Source: a virus. Taken from it: a stretch of DNA of 34,556 nt. The position numbers and the translations under genes were made by a program. Below are positions 16,891 through 29,861 of the stretch, piece by piece; the first letter of the stretch is position 1; every line of letters begins with the position of its first letter. The notes beneath the pieces were generated by a model. The model did no database searches. It saw nothing but the letters and a program-made list of their open reading frames with translations, and was not told the DNA's origin. The stretch lies in the UHGV virus genome UHGV-0341486; one strand, written 5' to 3'.

Positions 16891-16914
16891 GCCAGCTACA
16901 TGCTGGCTTTTTTA
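16891..16914 (+). terminator. Rho-independent terminator (tR'-like, second): stem GCCAGC / GCTGGC, loop TACAT, then TTTTTTATT
   Basis: Perfect 6-bp stem followed by six T. Confidence 0.75.
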
Positions 16915-17030
16915 TTCCAGGCTTGCGGGGAGCATCAACTCCGTGCTTTGTCGTTAAATTACCCCGTGAGCCTGATTTCTGACATTTAACGTCCCGGCCT
17001 TTTGTCGGCGGCGAAACATTGGCTATTCAT

Positions 17031-17336
17031 ATGCACGAAAAAGAGAGCCTTGCCGGAGCGTTCTGGCTCGTTTTGCTGATCATCGCAGGTTGGGGCGGTC
17101 TGGTCCGCTACCTGATAGATGTGAAGCAGAGTAAAGCAACGTGGAGTTGGATAAATGCTCTGGCTCAAATAGTGGTATCAGGATTCACCGGTGTTATTGG
17201 TGGCCTGATCAGCATCGAAAGTGGATTCAGTATTTACATGATTCTCGCGACAGCGGGGATTAGTGGTGCGATGGGTTCGGTTGCACTGACGTACTTCTGG
17301 GAACGACTGACAGGGGTGAAAAATGCAAAATCTTAA
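17031..17336 (+). CDS. S: Class I holin with three transmembrane segments (about 101 aa from the ATG at 17031; in-frame upstream TTG at 17019 may give a dual start)
   Basis: Three hydrophobic segments, charged C-terminus, immediately upstream of the endolysin. Confidence 0.8.
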   Translation: MHEKESLAGAFWLVLLIIAGWGGLVRYLIDVKQSKATWSWINALAQIVVSGFTGVIGGLISIESGFSIYMILATAGISGAMGSVALTYFWERLTGVKNAKS

Positions 17337-17799
17337 TCCTCAGCGTAAAGCCTTCCTCGATATGTTGGCGTGGTCAGAAGGAACGGATAACGGGCGACAA
17401 CCGACACGTAACCACGGTTATGATGTTATTGTTGGCGGCGAACTGTTTACTGATTACTCCGATCACCCTCGCAAACTTGTCACGCTACACCCCAAACTCA
17501 AATCAACAGCCGCCGGACGTTATCAGCTTCTTTCACGCTGGTGGGATGCTTACCGTAAACAGCTTGGTTTGAAAGACTTCTCCCCCAAAAGCCAGGACGC
17601 AGTGGCATTACAGCAGATTAAAGAGCGTGGTGCTTTACCGATGATTGATCGCGGTGATATCCGTCAGGCAATCGACCGTTGCAGCAATATCTGGGCTTCA
17701 CTGCCGGGCGCTGGTTATGGTCAGTTCGAGCATAAGGCTGACAGCCTGATTGCAAAATTCAAAGAAGCTGGCGGAACGCTCAGAGAGAGTGAGGTATGA
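17323..17799 (+). CDS. R: Endolysin R (lytic transglycosylase), 158 aa
   Basis: Near-identical to recalled lambda R (…[49 protein letters not shown]…). Confidence 0.95.
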   Translation: MQNLNPQRKAFLDMLAWSEGTDNGRQPTRNHGYDVIVGGELFTDYSDHPRKLVTLHPKLKSTAAGRYQLLSRWWDAYRKQLGLKDFSPKSQDAVALQQIKERGALPMIDRGDIRQAIDRCSNIWASLPGAGYGQFEHKADSLIAKFKEAGGTLRESEV

Positions 17800-18257
17800 G
17801 CAGAATAACCGCGATTATCTCCGCTCTGGTTATCTGCGTCATCGTCTGCCTTTCATGGGCGGTTAATCATTACCGCGATAACGCGATTACCTACAAAGCC
17901 CAGCGCGACAAAAATGCCAGAGAACTGACGCTGGCGAACGCGGCAATTACTGACATACAGATGCGTCAGCGTGATGTTGCTGCGCTCGATGCAAAATACA
18001 CGAAGGAGTTAGCTGATGCGAAAGCTGAAAATGATGCTCTGCGTGATGATGTTGCCGCTGGTCGTCGTCGGTTGCACATCAAAGCAGTCTGTCAGTCAGT
18101 GCGTGAAGCCACCACCGCCTCCGGCGTGGATAATGCAGCCTCCCCCCGACTGGCAGACACCGCTGAACGGGATTATTTCACCCTCAGAGAGAGGCTGATC
18201 ACTATGCAAAAACAACTGGAAGGAACCCAGAAGTATATTAATGAGCAGTGCAGATAG
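17796..18257 (+). CDS. Rz: Spanin inner-membrane subunit Rz (153 aa)
   Basis: N-terminal transmembrane segment plus coiled-coil; matches recalled lambda Rz. Confidence 0.92.
   Translation: MSRITAIISALVICVIVCLSWAVNHYRDNAITYKAQRDKNARELTLANAAITDIQMRQRDVAALDAKYTKELADAKAENDALRDDVAAGRRRLHIKAVCQSVREATTASGVDNAASPRLADTAERDYFTLRERLITMQKQLEGTQKYINEQCR
18016..18198 (+). CDS. Rz1: Spanin outer-membrane lipoprotein subunit Rz1 (60 aa), embedded in the +1 frame of Rz
   Basis: Lipobox (…VVVGC), proline-rich stretch; entirely nested within Rz as in lambda. Confidence 0.9.
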   Translation: MRKLKMMLCVMMLPLVVVGCTSKQSVSQCVKPPPPPAWIMQPPPDWQTPLNGIISPSERG

Positions 18258-18261
18258 AGCT

Positions 18262-18277
18262 GCCCATATCGATGGGC
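18262..18277. other. Palindrome GCCCAT-ATCG-ATGGGC between the convergent Rz and bor genes (possible bidirectional terminator hairpin)
   Basis: Perfect 6-bp inverted repeat; no strong T-tract on either side. Confidence 0.4.
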
Positions 18278-18288
18278 AACTCATGCAA

Positions 18289-18582
18289 TTATTGTGAGCA
18301 ATACACACGCGCTTCCAGCGGAGTATAAATGCCTAAAGTAATAAAACCGAGCAATCCATTTACGAATGTTTGCTGGGTTTCTGTTTTAACAACATTTTCT
18401 GCACCACCACAAATTTTTGCTGCATCGACAGTTTTCTTCTGCCCAATTCCCGAAACGAAGAAATGATGGGTGATGGTTTCCTTTGGTGTTACTGCTGTAG
18501 GTTTGTTTCCAACAGTAAACGTCTGTTGAGCACATCCTGTAATAAGCATTGCCAGAGCGGCAGAAAACAACATTTTTTTCAT
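18289..18582 (-). CDS. bor: Bor lipoprotein (serum-resistance outer-membrane lipoprotein), 97 aa from MKKMLFSAALAMLITGC…
   Basis: Near-identical to recalled lambda Bor; lipobox LITGC. Confidence 0.92.
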   Translation of the reverse strand: MKKMLFSAALAMLITGCAQQTFTVGNKPTAVTPKETITHHFFVSGIGQKKTVDAAKICGGAENVVKTETQQTFVNGLLGFITLGIYTPLEARVYCSQ

Positions 18583-19062
18583 CTTATTATCCTGCATTGT
18601 TAAAAACGGCAGAATCCTATGTGACAACAATTAAACGATAGTTAAATGGATTGATGAAAATTAAAACTACACAGGTGGGCTCAGACTATTGGAGGAAGTT
18701 GGGGACACTCAGAATCCTGTGGAATGAAATAAACCGGTCTATCCGTCCATTACCCTTTTAGCTGCGCTGTATCGTCGCCGTATTCCCGCATTAACCATGA
18801 CCGTAGCCCGACGGGGAATTCCTTCTGCGTGAGTGTGCGGGAATAATTAAAAACGATGCACACCGGGTTTTTACCGCGTTAATGATTCGCGGGTTTATCC
18901 CGGTGCGATGGTGGAAGAAACAGGAAGCTGTATTACAGAAAGTGCTACTACTGTATCCCGATGCGATGTATGTAATGTGAGTCAGATAATGGCACAGGAT
19001 GTGGTGATGTGGCAGTCTGGAACACAGGATATATTGTCAGAATAAGACCCGTAGGAATAAAA

Positions 19063-19389
19063 ATGAAAAGACGCCTTTTACTACTTTTTCTGTTATCTGT
19101 CCTGGCAGTGGGATGCTCGCAGCAAAAAGCTGATGAGCCCCGGCAATTAGTGACGGTGTATCCACGATATCCGGAATATGCTGCAGCAAATTATATCAAG
19201 GGGCTGGTTGAGGTTAAGTTCGATATTGGTGCTGATGGGACTGTGACACGGATCGTTTTTCTCCGCTCAGAGCCTCATAATTTGTTTCGTGATGAAGTGG
19301 TGAAGGCCATGGCGAAATGGCGATTTGAAAAGAATCGCCCCTGTCAGGGAGTGAAGAGACAATTTATCTTTACGCCGTCACGTCCTTGA
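19063..19389 (+). CDS. Probable lipoprotein with a TonB C-terminal-like domain (108 aa from MKRRLLLLFLLSVLAVGC…)
   Basis: Signal peptide with Cys lipobox; C-terminal region (…VTVYPRYPEYAAANYIKGLVEVKFDIGADGTVTRIVFLRSEPHNLFRDEVVKAMAKWRFE…) resembles the TonB C-terminal domain fold motif; AGGAA ribosome-binding site. Confidence 0.6.
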   Translation: MKRRLLLLFLLSVLAVGCSQQKADEPRQLVTVYPRYPEYAAANYIKGLVEVKFDIGADGTVTRIVFLRSEPHNLFRDEVVKAMAKWRFEKNRPCQGVKRQFIFTPSRP

Positions 19390-19511
19390 TGCTTCCAGGT
19401 AGAGAGGGGCTGGAAGCAGGAGAAAAATGAAAGAGCCAGCGGTTATATTTTTGTCATGGCTGACGAGGAATGATGGAAGAAGGCGTTGTATGCCACACAA
19501 CGCCTCACTGT

Positions 19512-19691
19512 TCATTTCTTCTTTTTCTCTGGTGGAACCCGATGAATAAGAGTTGCACTGGTTTCCGATGAGATGGCGATATACTCGGGCAAAGTATGCT
19601 GGCAGTTTTCCAACTGGTCAAAAATACCTGCTCTCGTCTGTTGCAATGCCTGCAGCATGCGGCGGCAATGCGCCTTGCTTTTACTAACCAT
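19512..19691 (-). CDS. Small hypothetical protein (59 aa from MVSKSKAHCRRM…, poly-Lys C-terminus)
   Basis: Strong ribosome-binding site (GAGGAAGGAAAG) before the internal ATG; the longer 117-aa form in the ORF track overlaps the neighbouring gene. Confidence 0.4.
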   Translation of the reverse strand: MVSKSKAHCRRMLQALQQTRAGIFDQLENCQHTLPEYIAISSETSATLIHRVPPEKKKK

Positions 19692-19752
19692 CTTTCCTTC
19701 CTCTATCAGTCGCTGCGTGAACTCATCATGGAATACCAGGTAAATGCGGATG

Positions 19753-20004
19753 TTATCGGTTTTGGCTACGCAGCATAGTACAAAACGGACAGGTGCATCC
19801 CGGGACGGGGGAGGCGTCACATGTCCCTGTGATGGTTGTTCCGGGTAATGTACTGTGTGGGGCATAAAAATGTCCGATAATTTTACTTTCTACCGCAGTT
19901 AGTTGATTCGTTGGTCCTGGTAGCACATTGGGCGAGGATTTAAATGCCAGGCAACTGAAGGATGATGTCGCAAGGGAGATAGCGAGAATATTTCTGATTT
20001 TCAT
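19753..20004 (-). CDS. Small secreted Cys-containing hypothetical protein (83 aa from MKIRNILAISLATSSFSCLA…)
   Basis: N-terminal signal peptide; GAGG ribosome-binding site; the upstream 23 codons of the tracked ORF are probably not translated. Confidence 0.5.
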   Translation of the reverse strand: MKIRNILAISLATSSFSCLAFKSSPNVLPGPTNQLTAVESKIIGHFYAPHSTLPGTTITGTCDASPVPGCTCPFCTMLRSQNR

Positions 20005-20099
20005 TTGATGATGCCTCTGTGTGAAATGACGGTAAACGACGCACTTGTGCCGGCACATAATAGCAAGCACCATAATAGATCAGATTCGATTCTTGCTGT

Positions 20100-20340
20100 A
20101 AGTGATAATTATTCTCGTTTTCGGGTCCTTTCCGTCGATCCAACAGGTTACGGGGCGGCGACCTCGCGGGTTTTCGCTATTTATGAAAATTTTCCGGTTT
20201 AAGGCGTTTCCGTTCTTCTTCGCCGTAACTTAATGTTTTTATTTAAAACACTCCCTGAAAAGAAAGGAAACGACAGGTGCTGAAAACGGGCTTTTTGGCC
20301 TCTGTCGTTTCCTTTCTCTGTTTTTGTCCGTGGAATGAAC
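20100..20340 (+). other. cos: Cohesive end site cos: cosN 12-nt cohesive end GGGCGGCGACCT at 20153-20164, flanked by cosQ (upstream) and cosB (downstream)
   Basis: Sequence …CAACAGGTTACG|GGGCGGCGACCTCGCGGGTTTTCGCTATTTATGAAAATTTTCCGG… matches the recalled lambda right-end/left-end junction. Confidence 0.9.
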
Positions 20341-20341
20341 A

Positions 20342-20861
20342 ATGGAAGTCAACAAAAAGCAGCTGGCTGACATTTTCGGCGCGAGTATCCGTACTATTCA
20401 GAACTGGCAGGAGCAGGGAATGCCCGTTCTGCGAGGCGGTGGGAAGGGTAATGAGGTGCTTTATGACTCTGCCGACGTCATAAAATGGTATGCCGAAAGG
20501 GATGCTGAAATTGAGAACGAAAAGCTGCGCCGGGAGGTTGAAGAACTGCGACAGGCCAGCGAGACAGATCTCCAGCCAGGGACTATTGAGTACGAACGCC
20601 ATCGACTTACGCGTGCGCAGGCCGACGCACAGGAGCTGAAAAATGCCAGAGACTCCGCTGAAGTGGTGGAAACCGCATTCTGTACTTTCGTGCTGTCGCG
20701 GATCGCAGGTGAAATTGCCAGTATTCTCGACGGGATCCCCCTGTCGGTGCAGCGGCGTTTTCCGGAACTGGAAAACCGACATGTTGATTTCCTGAAACGG
20801 GATATCATCAAAGCCATGAACAAAGCAGCCGCGCTGGATGAACTGATACCGGGGTTGCTGA

Positions 20862-20887
<26 letters not shown>
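20342..20887 (+). CDS. nu1: Terminase small subunit Nu1 (181 aa)
   Basis: Near-identical to recalled lambda Nu1. Confidence 0.97.
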
Positions 20888-24568
<3,681 letters not shown>

Positions 24569-24588
<20 letters not shown>

Positions 24589-25888
24589 TCTCCCGCATAT
24601 TGCCAGTATGGCCTTTAATGAGCCGCTGATGCTTGAACCCGCCTATGCGCGGGTTTTCTTTTGTGCGCTTGCAGGCCAGCTTGGGATCAGCCGCCTGACG
24701 GATGCGGTATCCGGCGACAGCCTGACTGCCGGAGAGGCACCCGCGGCGCTGGCGTTATCCGTTGATGATGACGGACCACGACAGGCCCGCAGTTATCAGG
24801 TCATGAACGGCATCGCCGTGCTGCCGGTGTCCGGCACGCTGGTCAGTCGGACGCGAGCGCTGCAGCCGTATTCGGGGATGACCGGTTACAACGGCATTAT
24901 CGCCCGTCTGCAACAGGCTGCCAGCGACCCGATGGTGGACGGCATTCTGCTCGATATGGATACGCCAGGCGGGATGGTGGCAGGGGCATTTGACTGCGCT
25001 GACATCATCGCCCGTGTGCGTGACATAAAGCCGGTATGGGCGCTGGCCAACGACATGAACTGCAGTGCAGGTCAGTTGCTTGCCAGCGCCGCCTCCCGAC
25101 GTCTGGTCACGCAGACCGCCCGGACAGGCTCCATCGGCGTCATGATGGCTCACAGTAATTACGGTGCTGCGCTGGAGAAACAGGGCGTGGAAATCACGCT
25201 GATTTACAGCGGCAGCCATAAGGTGGATGGCAACCCCTACAGCCATCTACCGGATGATGTCCGGGAAACACTGCAGTCCCGGATGGATGCAACCCGCCGG
25301 ATGTTTGCACAGAAGGTGTCGGCATATACCGGCCTGTCCGTGCAGGCTGTGCTGGATACCGAGGCTGCAGTGTACAGCGGTCAGGAGGCCATTGATGCCG
25401 GACTGGCTGATGAACTTGTTAACAGTACCGATGCGATCACCGTCATGCGTGATGCACTGGATGCACGTAAATCCCGTCTCTCAGGAGGGCGAATGACCAA
25501 AGAGACTCAATCAACAACTGTTTCAGCCACTGCTTCGCAGGCTGACGTTACTGGCGTGGTGCCAGCGACGGAGGGCGAGAACGCCAGCGCTGCGCAGCCG
25601 GACGTGAACGCGCAGATCACCGCAGCGGTTGCGGCAGAAAACAGTCGCATTATGGGGATCCTCAACTGTGAGGAAGCTCACGGACGCGAAGAACAGGCAC
25701 GCGTGCTGGCCGAAACCCCTGGTATGACCGTGGAAACGGCCCGCCGCATTCTGGCAGTTGCACCACAGAGTGCACAGGCGCGCAGTGACACTGCGCTGGA
25801 TCGTCTGATGCAGGGGGCACCGGCACCGCTGGCTGCAGGTAACCTGGCATCTGATGCCGTTAACGATTTGCTGAACACACCAGTGTAA
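24569..25888 (+). CDS. C: Head maturation protease/minor capsid protein C (439 aa), GTG start
   Basis: VTAELRNLPHIASMAFNEPLML… matches recalled lambda gpC; GGAGG ribosome-binding site; overlaps the end of B. Confidence 0.95.
25493..25888 (+). CDS. nu3: Scaffolding protein Nu3, in-frame internal start within C
   Basis: Internal ATG preceded by an AGGAGGG ribosome-binding site, in frame with C, as in lambda. Confidence 0.75.
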   Translation: MTKETQSTTVSATASQADVTGVVPATEGENASAAQPDVNAQITAAVAAENSRIMGILNCEEAHGREEQARVLAETPGMTVETARRILAVAPQSAQARSDTALDRLMQGAPAPLAAGNLASDAVNDLLNTPV

Positions 25889-25897
25889 GGGATGTTT

Positions 25898-26230
25898 ATG
25901 ACGAGCAAAGAAACCTTTACCCATTACCAGCCGCTGGGCAACAGTGACCCGGCTCATACCGCAACCGCGCCCGGCGGATTGAGTGCGAAAGCGCCTGCAA
26001 TGACCCCGCTGATGCTGGACACCTCCAGCCGTAAGCTGGTTGCGTGGGATGGCACCACCGACGGTGCTGCCGTTGGCATTCTTGCGGTTGCTGCTGACCA
26101 GACCAGCACCACGCTGACGTTCTACAAGTCCGGCACGTTCCGTTATGAGGATGTGCTCTGGCCGGAGGCTGCCAGCGACGAGACGAAAAAACGGACCGCG
26201 TTTGCCGGAACGGCAATCAGCATCGTTTAA
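25898..26230 (+). CDS. D: Head decoration protein D (110 aa)
   Basis: [27 protein letters not shown]… matches recalled lambda gpD. Confidence 0.97.
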   Translation: MTSKETFTHYQPLGNSDPAHTATAPGGLSAKAPAMTPLMLDTSSRKLVAWDGTTDGAAVGILAVAADQTSTTLTFYKSGTFRYEDVLWPEAASDETKKRTAFAGTAISIV

Positions 26231-26247
26231 CTTTACCCTTCATCACT

Positions 26248-26272
26248 AAAGGCCGCCTGTGCGGCTTTTTTT
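26248..26272 (+). other. Stem-loop with T-tract between D and E (stem GCCGC/GCGGC, loop CTGT, TTTTTTT)
   Basis: Hairpin plus seven T in the D-E intergenic region; probably read through in the late transcript. Confidence 0.45.
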
Positions 26273-26285
26273 ACGGGATTTTTTT

Positions 26286-27311
26286 ATGTCGATGTACACA
26301 ACCGCCCAGCTGCTGGCGGCAAATGAGCAGAAATTTAAGTTTGATCCGCTGTTTCTGCGTCTCTTTTTCCGTGAGAGCTATCCCTTCACCACGGAGAAAG
26401 TCTATCTCTCACAAATTCCGGGACTGGTAAACATGGCGCTGTACGTTTCGCCGATTGTTTCCGGTGAGGTTATCCGTTCCCGTGGCGGCTCCACCTCTGA
26501 ATTTACGCCGGGATATGTCAAGCCGAAGCATGAAGTGAATCCGCAGATGACCCTGCGTCGCCTGCCGGATGAAGATCCGCAGAATCTGGTGGACCCGGCT
26601 TACCGCCGCCGTCGCATCATCATGCAGAACATGCGTGACGAAGAGCTGGCCATTGCTCAGGTCGAAGAGATGCAGGCAGTTTCTGCCGTGCTTAAGGGCA
26701 AATACACCATGACCGGTGAAGCCTTCGATCCGGTTGAGGTGGATATGGGCCGCAGTGAGGAGAATAACATCACGCAGTCCGGCGGCACGGAGTGGAGCAA
26801 GCGTGACAAGTCCACGTATGACCCGACCGACGATATCGAAGCCTACGCGCTGAACGCCAGCGGTGTGGTGAATATCATCGTGTTCGATCCGAAAGGCTGG
26901 GCGCTGTTCCGTTCCTTCAAAGCCGTCAAGGAGAAGCTGGATACCCGTCGTGGTTCTAATTCCGAGCTGGAGACAGCGGTGAAAGACCTGGGTAAAGCGG
27001 TGTCCTATAAGGGGATGTATGGCGATGTGGCCATCGTCGTGTATTCCGGACAGTACGTGGAAAACGGCGTCAAAAAGAACTTCCTGCCGGACAACACGAT
27101 GGTGCTGGGGAACACTCAGGCACGCGGTCTGCGCACCTATGGCTGCATTCAGGATGCGGACGCACAGCTCGAAGGCATTAACGCCTCTGCCCGTTACCCG
27201 AAAAACTGGGTGACCACCGGCGATCCGGCGCGTGAGTTCACCATGATTCAGTCAGCACCGCTGATGCTGCTGGCTGACCCTGATGAGTTCGTGTCCGTAC
27301 AACTGGCGTAA
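26286..27311 (+). CDS. E: Major capsid protein E (341 aa)
   Basis: MSMYTTAQLLAANEQKFKFDPLFLRLFF… matches recalled lambda gpE. Confidence 0.97.
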   Translation: MSMYTTAQLLAANEQKFKFDPLFLRLFFRESYPFTTEKVYLSQIPGLVNMALYVSPIVSGEVIRSRGGSTSEFTPGYVKPKHEVNPQMTLRRLPDEDPQNLVDPAYRRRRIIMQNMRDEELAIAQVEEMQAVSAVLKGKYTMTGEAFDPVEVDMGRSEENNITQSGGTEWSKRDKSTYDPTDDIEAYALNASGVVNIIVFDPKGWALFRSFKAVKEKLDTRRGSNSELETAVKDLGKAVSYKGMYGDVAIVVYSGQYVENGVKKNFLPDNTMVLGNTQARGLRTYGCIQDADAQLEGINASARYPKNWVTTGDPAREFTMIQSAPLMLLADPDEFVSVQLA

Positions 27312-27313
27312 TC

Positions 27314-27340
27314 ATGGCCCTTCGGGGCCATTGTTTCTCT
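27314..27340 (+). other. Stem-loop after E (stem ATGGCCC/GGGCCAT with UUCG-type tetraloop, then T-rich TGTTTCTCT)
   Basis: Perfect 7-bp stem with TTCG loop directly after the E stop, before the FI ribosome-binding site. Confidence 0.45.
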
Positions 27341-27352
27341 GTGGAGGAGTCC

Positions 27353-27751
27353 ATGACGAAAGATGAACTGATTGCCCGTCTCCGCTCGCTGGGTGAACAA
27401 CTGAACCGTGATGTCAGCCTGACGGGGACGAAAGAAGAACTGGCGCTCCGTGTGGCAGAGCTGGAAGAGGAGCTTGATGACACGGATGAAACTGCCGGTC
27501 AGGACACCCCTCTCAGCCGGGAAAATGTGCTGACCGGACATGAAAATGAGGTGGGATCAGCGCAGCCGGATACCGTGATTCTGGATACGTCTGAACTGGT
27601 CACGGTCGTGGCACTGGTGACGCTGCATACTGATGCACTTCACGCCACGCGGGATGAACCTGTGGCATTTGTGCTTCCGGGAACGGCGTTCCGTGTCTCT
27701 GCCGGTGTGGCAGCCGAAATGACAGAACGTGGCCTGGCCAGAATGCAATAA
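27353..27751 (+). CDS. FI: DNA-packaging protein FI (132 aa)
   Basis: MTKDELIARLRSLGEQLNRDVSLTGTKEELALRVAEL… matches recalled lambda gpFI; GGAGGAG ribosome-binding site. Confidence 0.95.
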   Translation: MTKDELIARLRSLGEQLNRDVSLTGTKEELALRVAELEEELDDTDETAGQDTPLSRENVLTGHENEVGSAQPDTVILDTSELVTVVALVTLHTDALHATRDEPVAFVLPGTAFRVSAGVAAEMTERGLARMQ

Positions 27752-27762
27752 CGGGAGGCGCT

Positions 27763-28116
27763 GTGGCTGATTTCGATAACCTGTTCGATGCTGCCATTGT
27801 CCGCGCCGATGAAACGATACGCGGGTACATGGGAACGTCAGCCACCATGACATCCGGTGAGCAGTCCGGCGCAGTAATACGTGGTGTTTTTGATGACCCT
27901 GAAAATATCAGCTATGCCGGACAGGGCGTGCGCGTTGAAGGCTCCAGCCCGTCCCTGTTTGTCCGGACTGATGATGTGCGGCAGCTGCGGCGCGGCGACA
28001 CGCTGACCATCGGTGAGGAAAACTTCTGGATAGACCGGATTTCGACGGATGATGGCGGAAGCTGTCATCTCTGGCTTGGGCGTGGCGTGCCGCCTGCCGT
28101 TAACCGTCGTCGCTGA
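27763..28116 (+). CDS. FII: Head completion protein FII (117 aa)
   Basis: Matches recalled lambda gpFII. Confidence 0.95.
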   Translation: MADFDNLFDAAIVRADETIRGYMGTSATMTSGEQSGAVIRGVFDDPENISYAGQGVRVEGSSPSLFVRTDDVRQLRRGDTLTIGEENFWIDRISTDDGGSCHLWLGRGVPPAVNRRR

Positions 28117-28127
28117 AGGGGGGATGT

Positions 28128-28706
28128 ATGGCCATAAAAGGTCTTGAGCAGGCCGTTGAAAACCTCAGCCGTATCAGCAGAACGGCGGTGCCCGGTGCCG
28201 CCGCAATGGCCATTAACCGCGTTGCTTCATCCGCGATATCGCAGTCGGCGTCACAGGTTGCCCGTGAGACAAAGGTACGCCGGAAACTGGTAAAGGAAAG
28301 GGCCAGGCTGAAAAGGGCCACGGTCAAAAATCCGCAGGCCAGAATCAAGGTTAACCGGGGGGATTTGCCCGTAATCAGGCTGGGTAACGCGCGGGTTGTC
28401 CTGTCCCGACGCAGGCGTCGTAAAAAGGGGCAGCGTTCATCCCTGAAAGGTGGCGACAGCGTGCTTGTGGTGGGAAACCGTCGTATTCCCGGCGCGTTTA
28501 TTCAGCAACTGAAAAATGGCCGATGGCATGTCATGCAGCGTGTGGCCGGGAAAAACCGTTACCCCATTGATGTGGTGAAAATCCCGATGGCAGTGCCGCT
28601 GACCACGGCGTTTAAACAGAATATTGAGCGGATACGGCGTGAACGTCTTCCGAAAGAGCTGGGCTATGCGCTGCAGCATCAACTGAGGATGGTAATAAAG
28701 CGATGA
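28128..28706 (+). CDS. Z: Tail completion protein Z (192 aa)
   Basis: Matches recalled lambda gpZ. Confidence 0.95.
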   Translation: MAIKGLEQAVENLSRISRTAVPGAAAMAINRVASSAISQSASQVARETKVRRKLVKERARLKRATVKNPQARIKVNRGDLPVIRLGNARVVLSRRRRRKKGQRSSLKGGDSVLVVGNRRIPGAFIQQLKNGRWHVMQRVAGKNRYPIDVVKIPMAVPLTTAFKQNIERIRRERLPKELGYALQHQLRMVIKR

Positions 28707-29098
28707 AACATACAGAACTCCGTGCAGCCGTACTGGATGCACTGGAAAAACATGACACCGGGGCGACGCTTTTTGATGGTCGCCCCGCTGTTTTTGATGA
28801 GGAGGATTTTCCGGCAGTTGCCGTTTATCTCACCGGCGCTGAATACACGGGCGAAGAGCTGGACAGCGATACCTGGCAGGCGGAGCTGCATATTGAAGTT
28901 TTCCTGCCTGCTCAGGTGCCGGATTCAGAGCTGGATTCGTGGATGGAGTCCCGGATTTATCCGGTGATGAGCGATGTCCCGGCACTGTCAGATTTGATCA
29001 CCAGTATGGTGGCCAGTGGCTATGACTACCGGCGCGACGATGATGCGGGCCTGTGGAGTTCAGCCGATCTGACTTATGTCATTACCTATGAAATGTGA
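28703..29098 (+). CDS. U: Tail terminator protein U (131 aa)
   Basis: Matches recalled lambda gpU. Confidence 0.95.
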   Translation: MKHTELRAAVLDALEKHDTGATLFDGRPAVFDEEDFPAVAVYLTGAEYTGEELDSDTWQAELHIEVFLPAQVPDSELDSWMESRIYPVMSDVPALSDLITSMVASGYDYRRDDDAGLWSSADLTYVITYEM

Positions 29099-29105
29099 GG
29101 ACGAT

Positions 29106-29846
29106 ATGCCTGTACCAAATCCAGTAATGCCGGTGAAAGGGGCCGGGACCACCCTGTGGGTTTATAAGGGGAACGGTGACCCTTATGCGAACCCGCTTTC
29201 AGACGTTGACTGGTCGCGTCTGGCTAAAGTTAAAGACCTGACGCCCGGCGAACTGAGCGCTGAGTCCTATGACGACAGCTATCTCGATGATGAAGATGCG
29301 GACTGGACTGCGACCGGGCAGGGGCAGAAATCTGCCGGAGATACCAGCTTCACGCTGGCGTGGATGCCCGGAGAGCAGGGGCAGCAGGCGCTGCTGGCGT
29401 GGTTTAATGAAGGGGATACCCGTGCCTATAAAATCCGCTTCCCGAACGGCACGGTCGATGTGTTCCGCGGCTGGGTCAGCAGTATCGGTAAGGCGGTGAC
29501 GGCGAAGGAAGTGATCACCCGCACGGTGAAAGTCACCAACGTGGGACGTCCGTCGATGGCAGAAGATCGCAGCACGGTGACGGCGACAACCGGCATGACG
29601 GTGACACCCGCCAGTGCTTCCGTAGTGAAAGGGCAGAGCACTACGCTGACCGTGGCATTCCAGCCGGAGGGCGCAACCGACAAGAGCTTCCGTGCGGTGT
29701 CTGCGGATAAAACAAAAGCCACCGTGTCGGTCAGCGGTATGACCATCACCGTGAACGGCGTTGCTGCAGGCAAGGTCAACATTCCGGTTGTATCCGGTAA
29801 TGGTGAGTTTGCTGCGGTTGCAGAAATCACCGTCACCGCCAGTTAA
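29106..29846 (+). CDS. V: Major tail protein V (246 aa) with C-terminal Ig-like domain
   Basis: [22 protein letters not shown]… matches recalled lambda gpV; GAGG ribosome-binding site. Confidence 0.95.
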   Translation: MPVPNPVMPVKGAGTTLWVYKGNGDPYANPLSDVDWSRLAKVKDLTPGELSAESYDDSYLDDEDADWTATGQGQKSAGDTSFTLAWMPGEQGQQALLAWFNEGDTRAYKIRFPNGTVDVFRGWVSSIGKAVTAKEVITRTVKVTNVGRPSMAEDRSTVTATTGMTVTPASASVVKGQSTTLTVAFQPEGATDKSFRAVSADKTKATVSVSGMTITVNGVAAGKVNIPVVSGNGEFAAVAEITVTAS

Positions 29847-29861
29847 TCCGGAGAGTCAGCG

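Noticed and set aside
18654-18770. 38-aa plus-strand ORF (MKIKTTQVGSDYWRKLGTLRILWNEINRSIRPLPF) in the bor-to-lipoprotein intergenic region
   Set aside because: Weak ribosome-binding site and no motif; it cannot be distinguished from chance. The region is flagged as structured non-coding instead.
19692-19865. Long (117-aa) form of the minus-strand ORF 19512-19865
   Set aside because: Its 5' part overlaps the neighbouring signal-peptide gene in another frame, and an internal ATG at 19691 has a strong ribosome-binding site; the short form is preferred.
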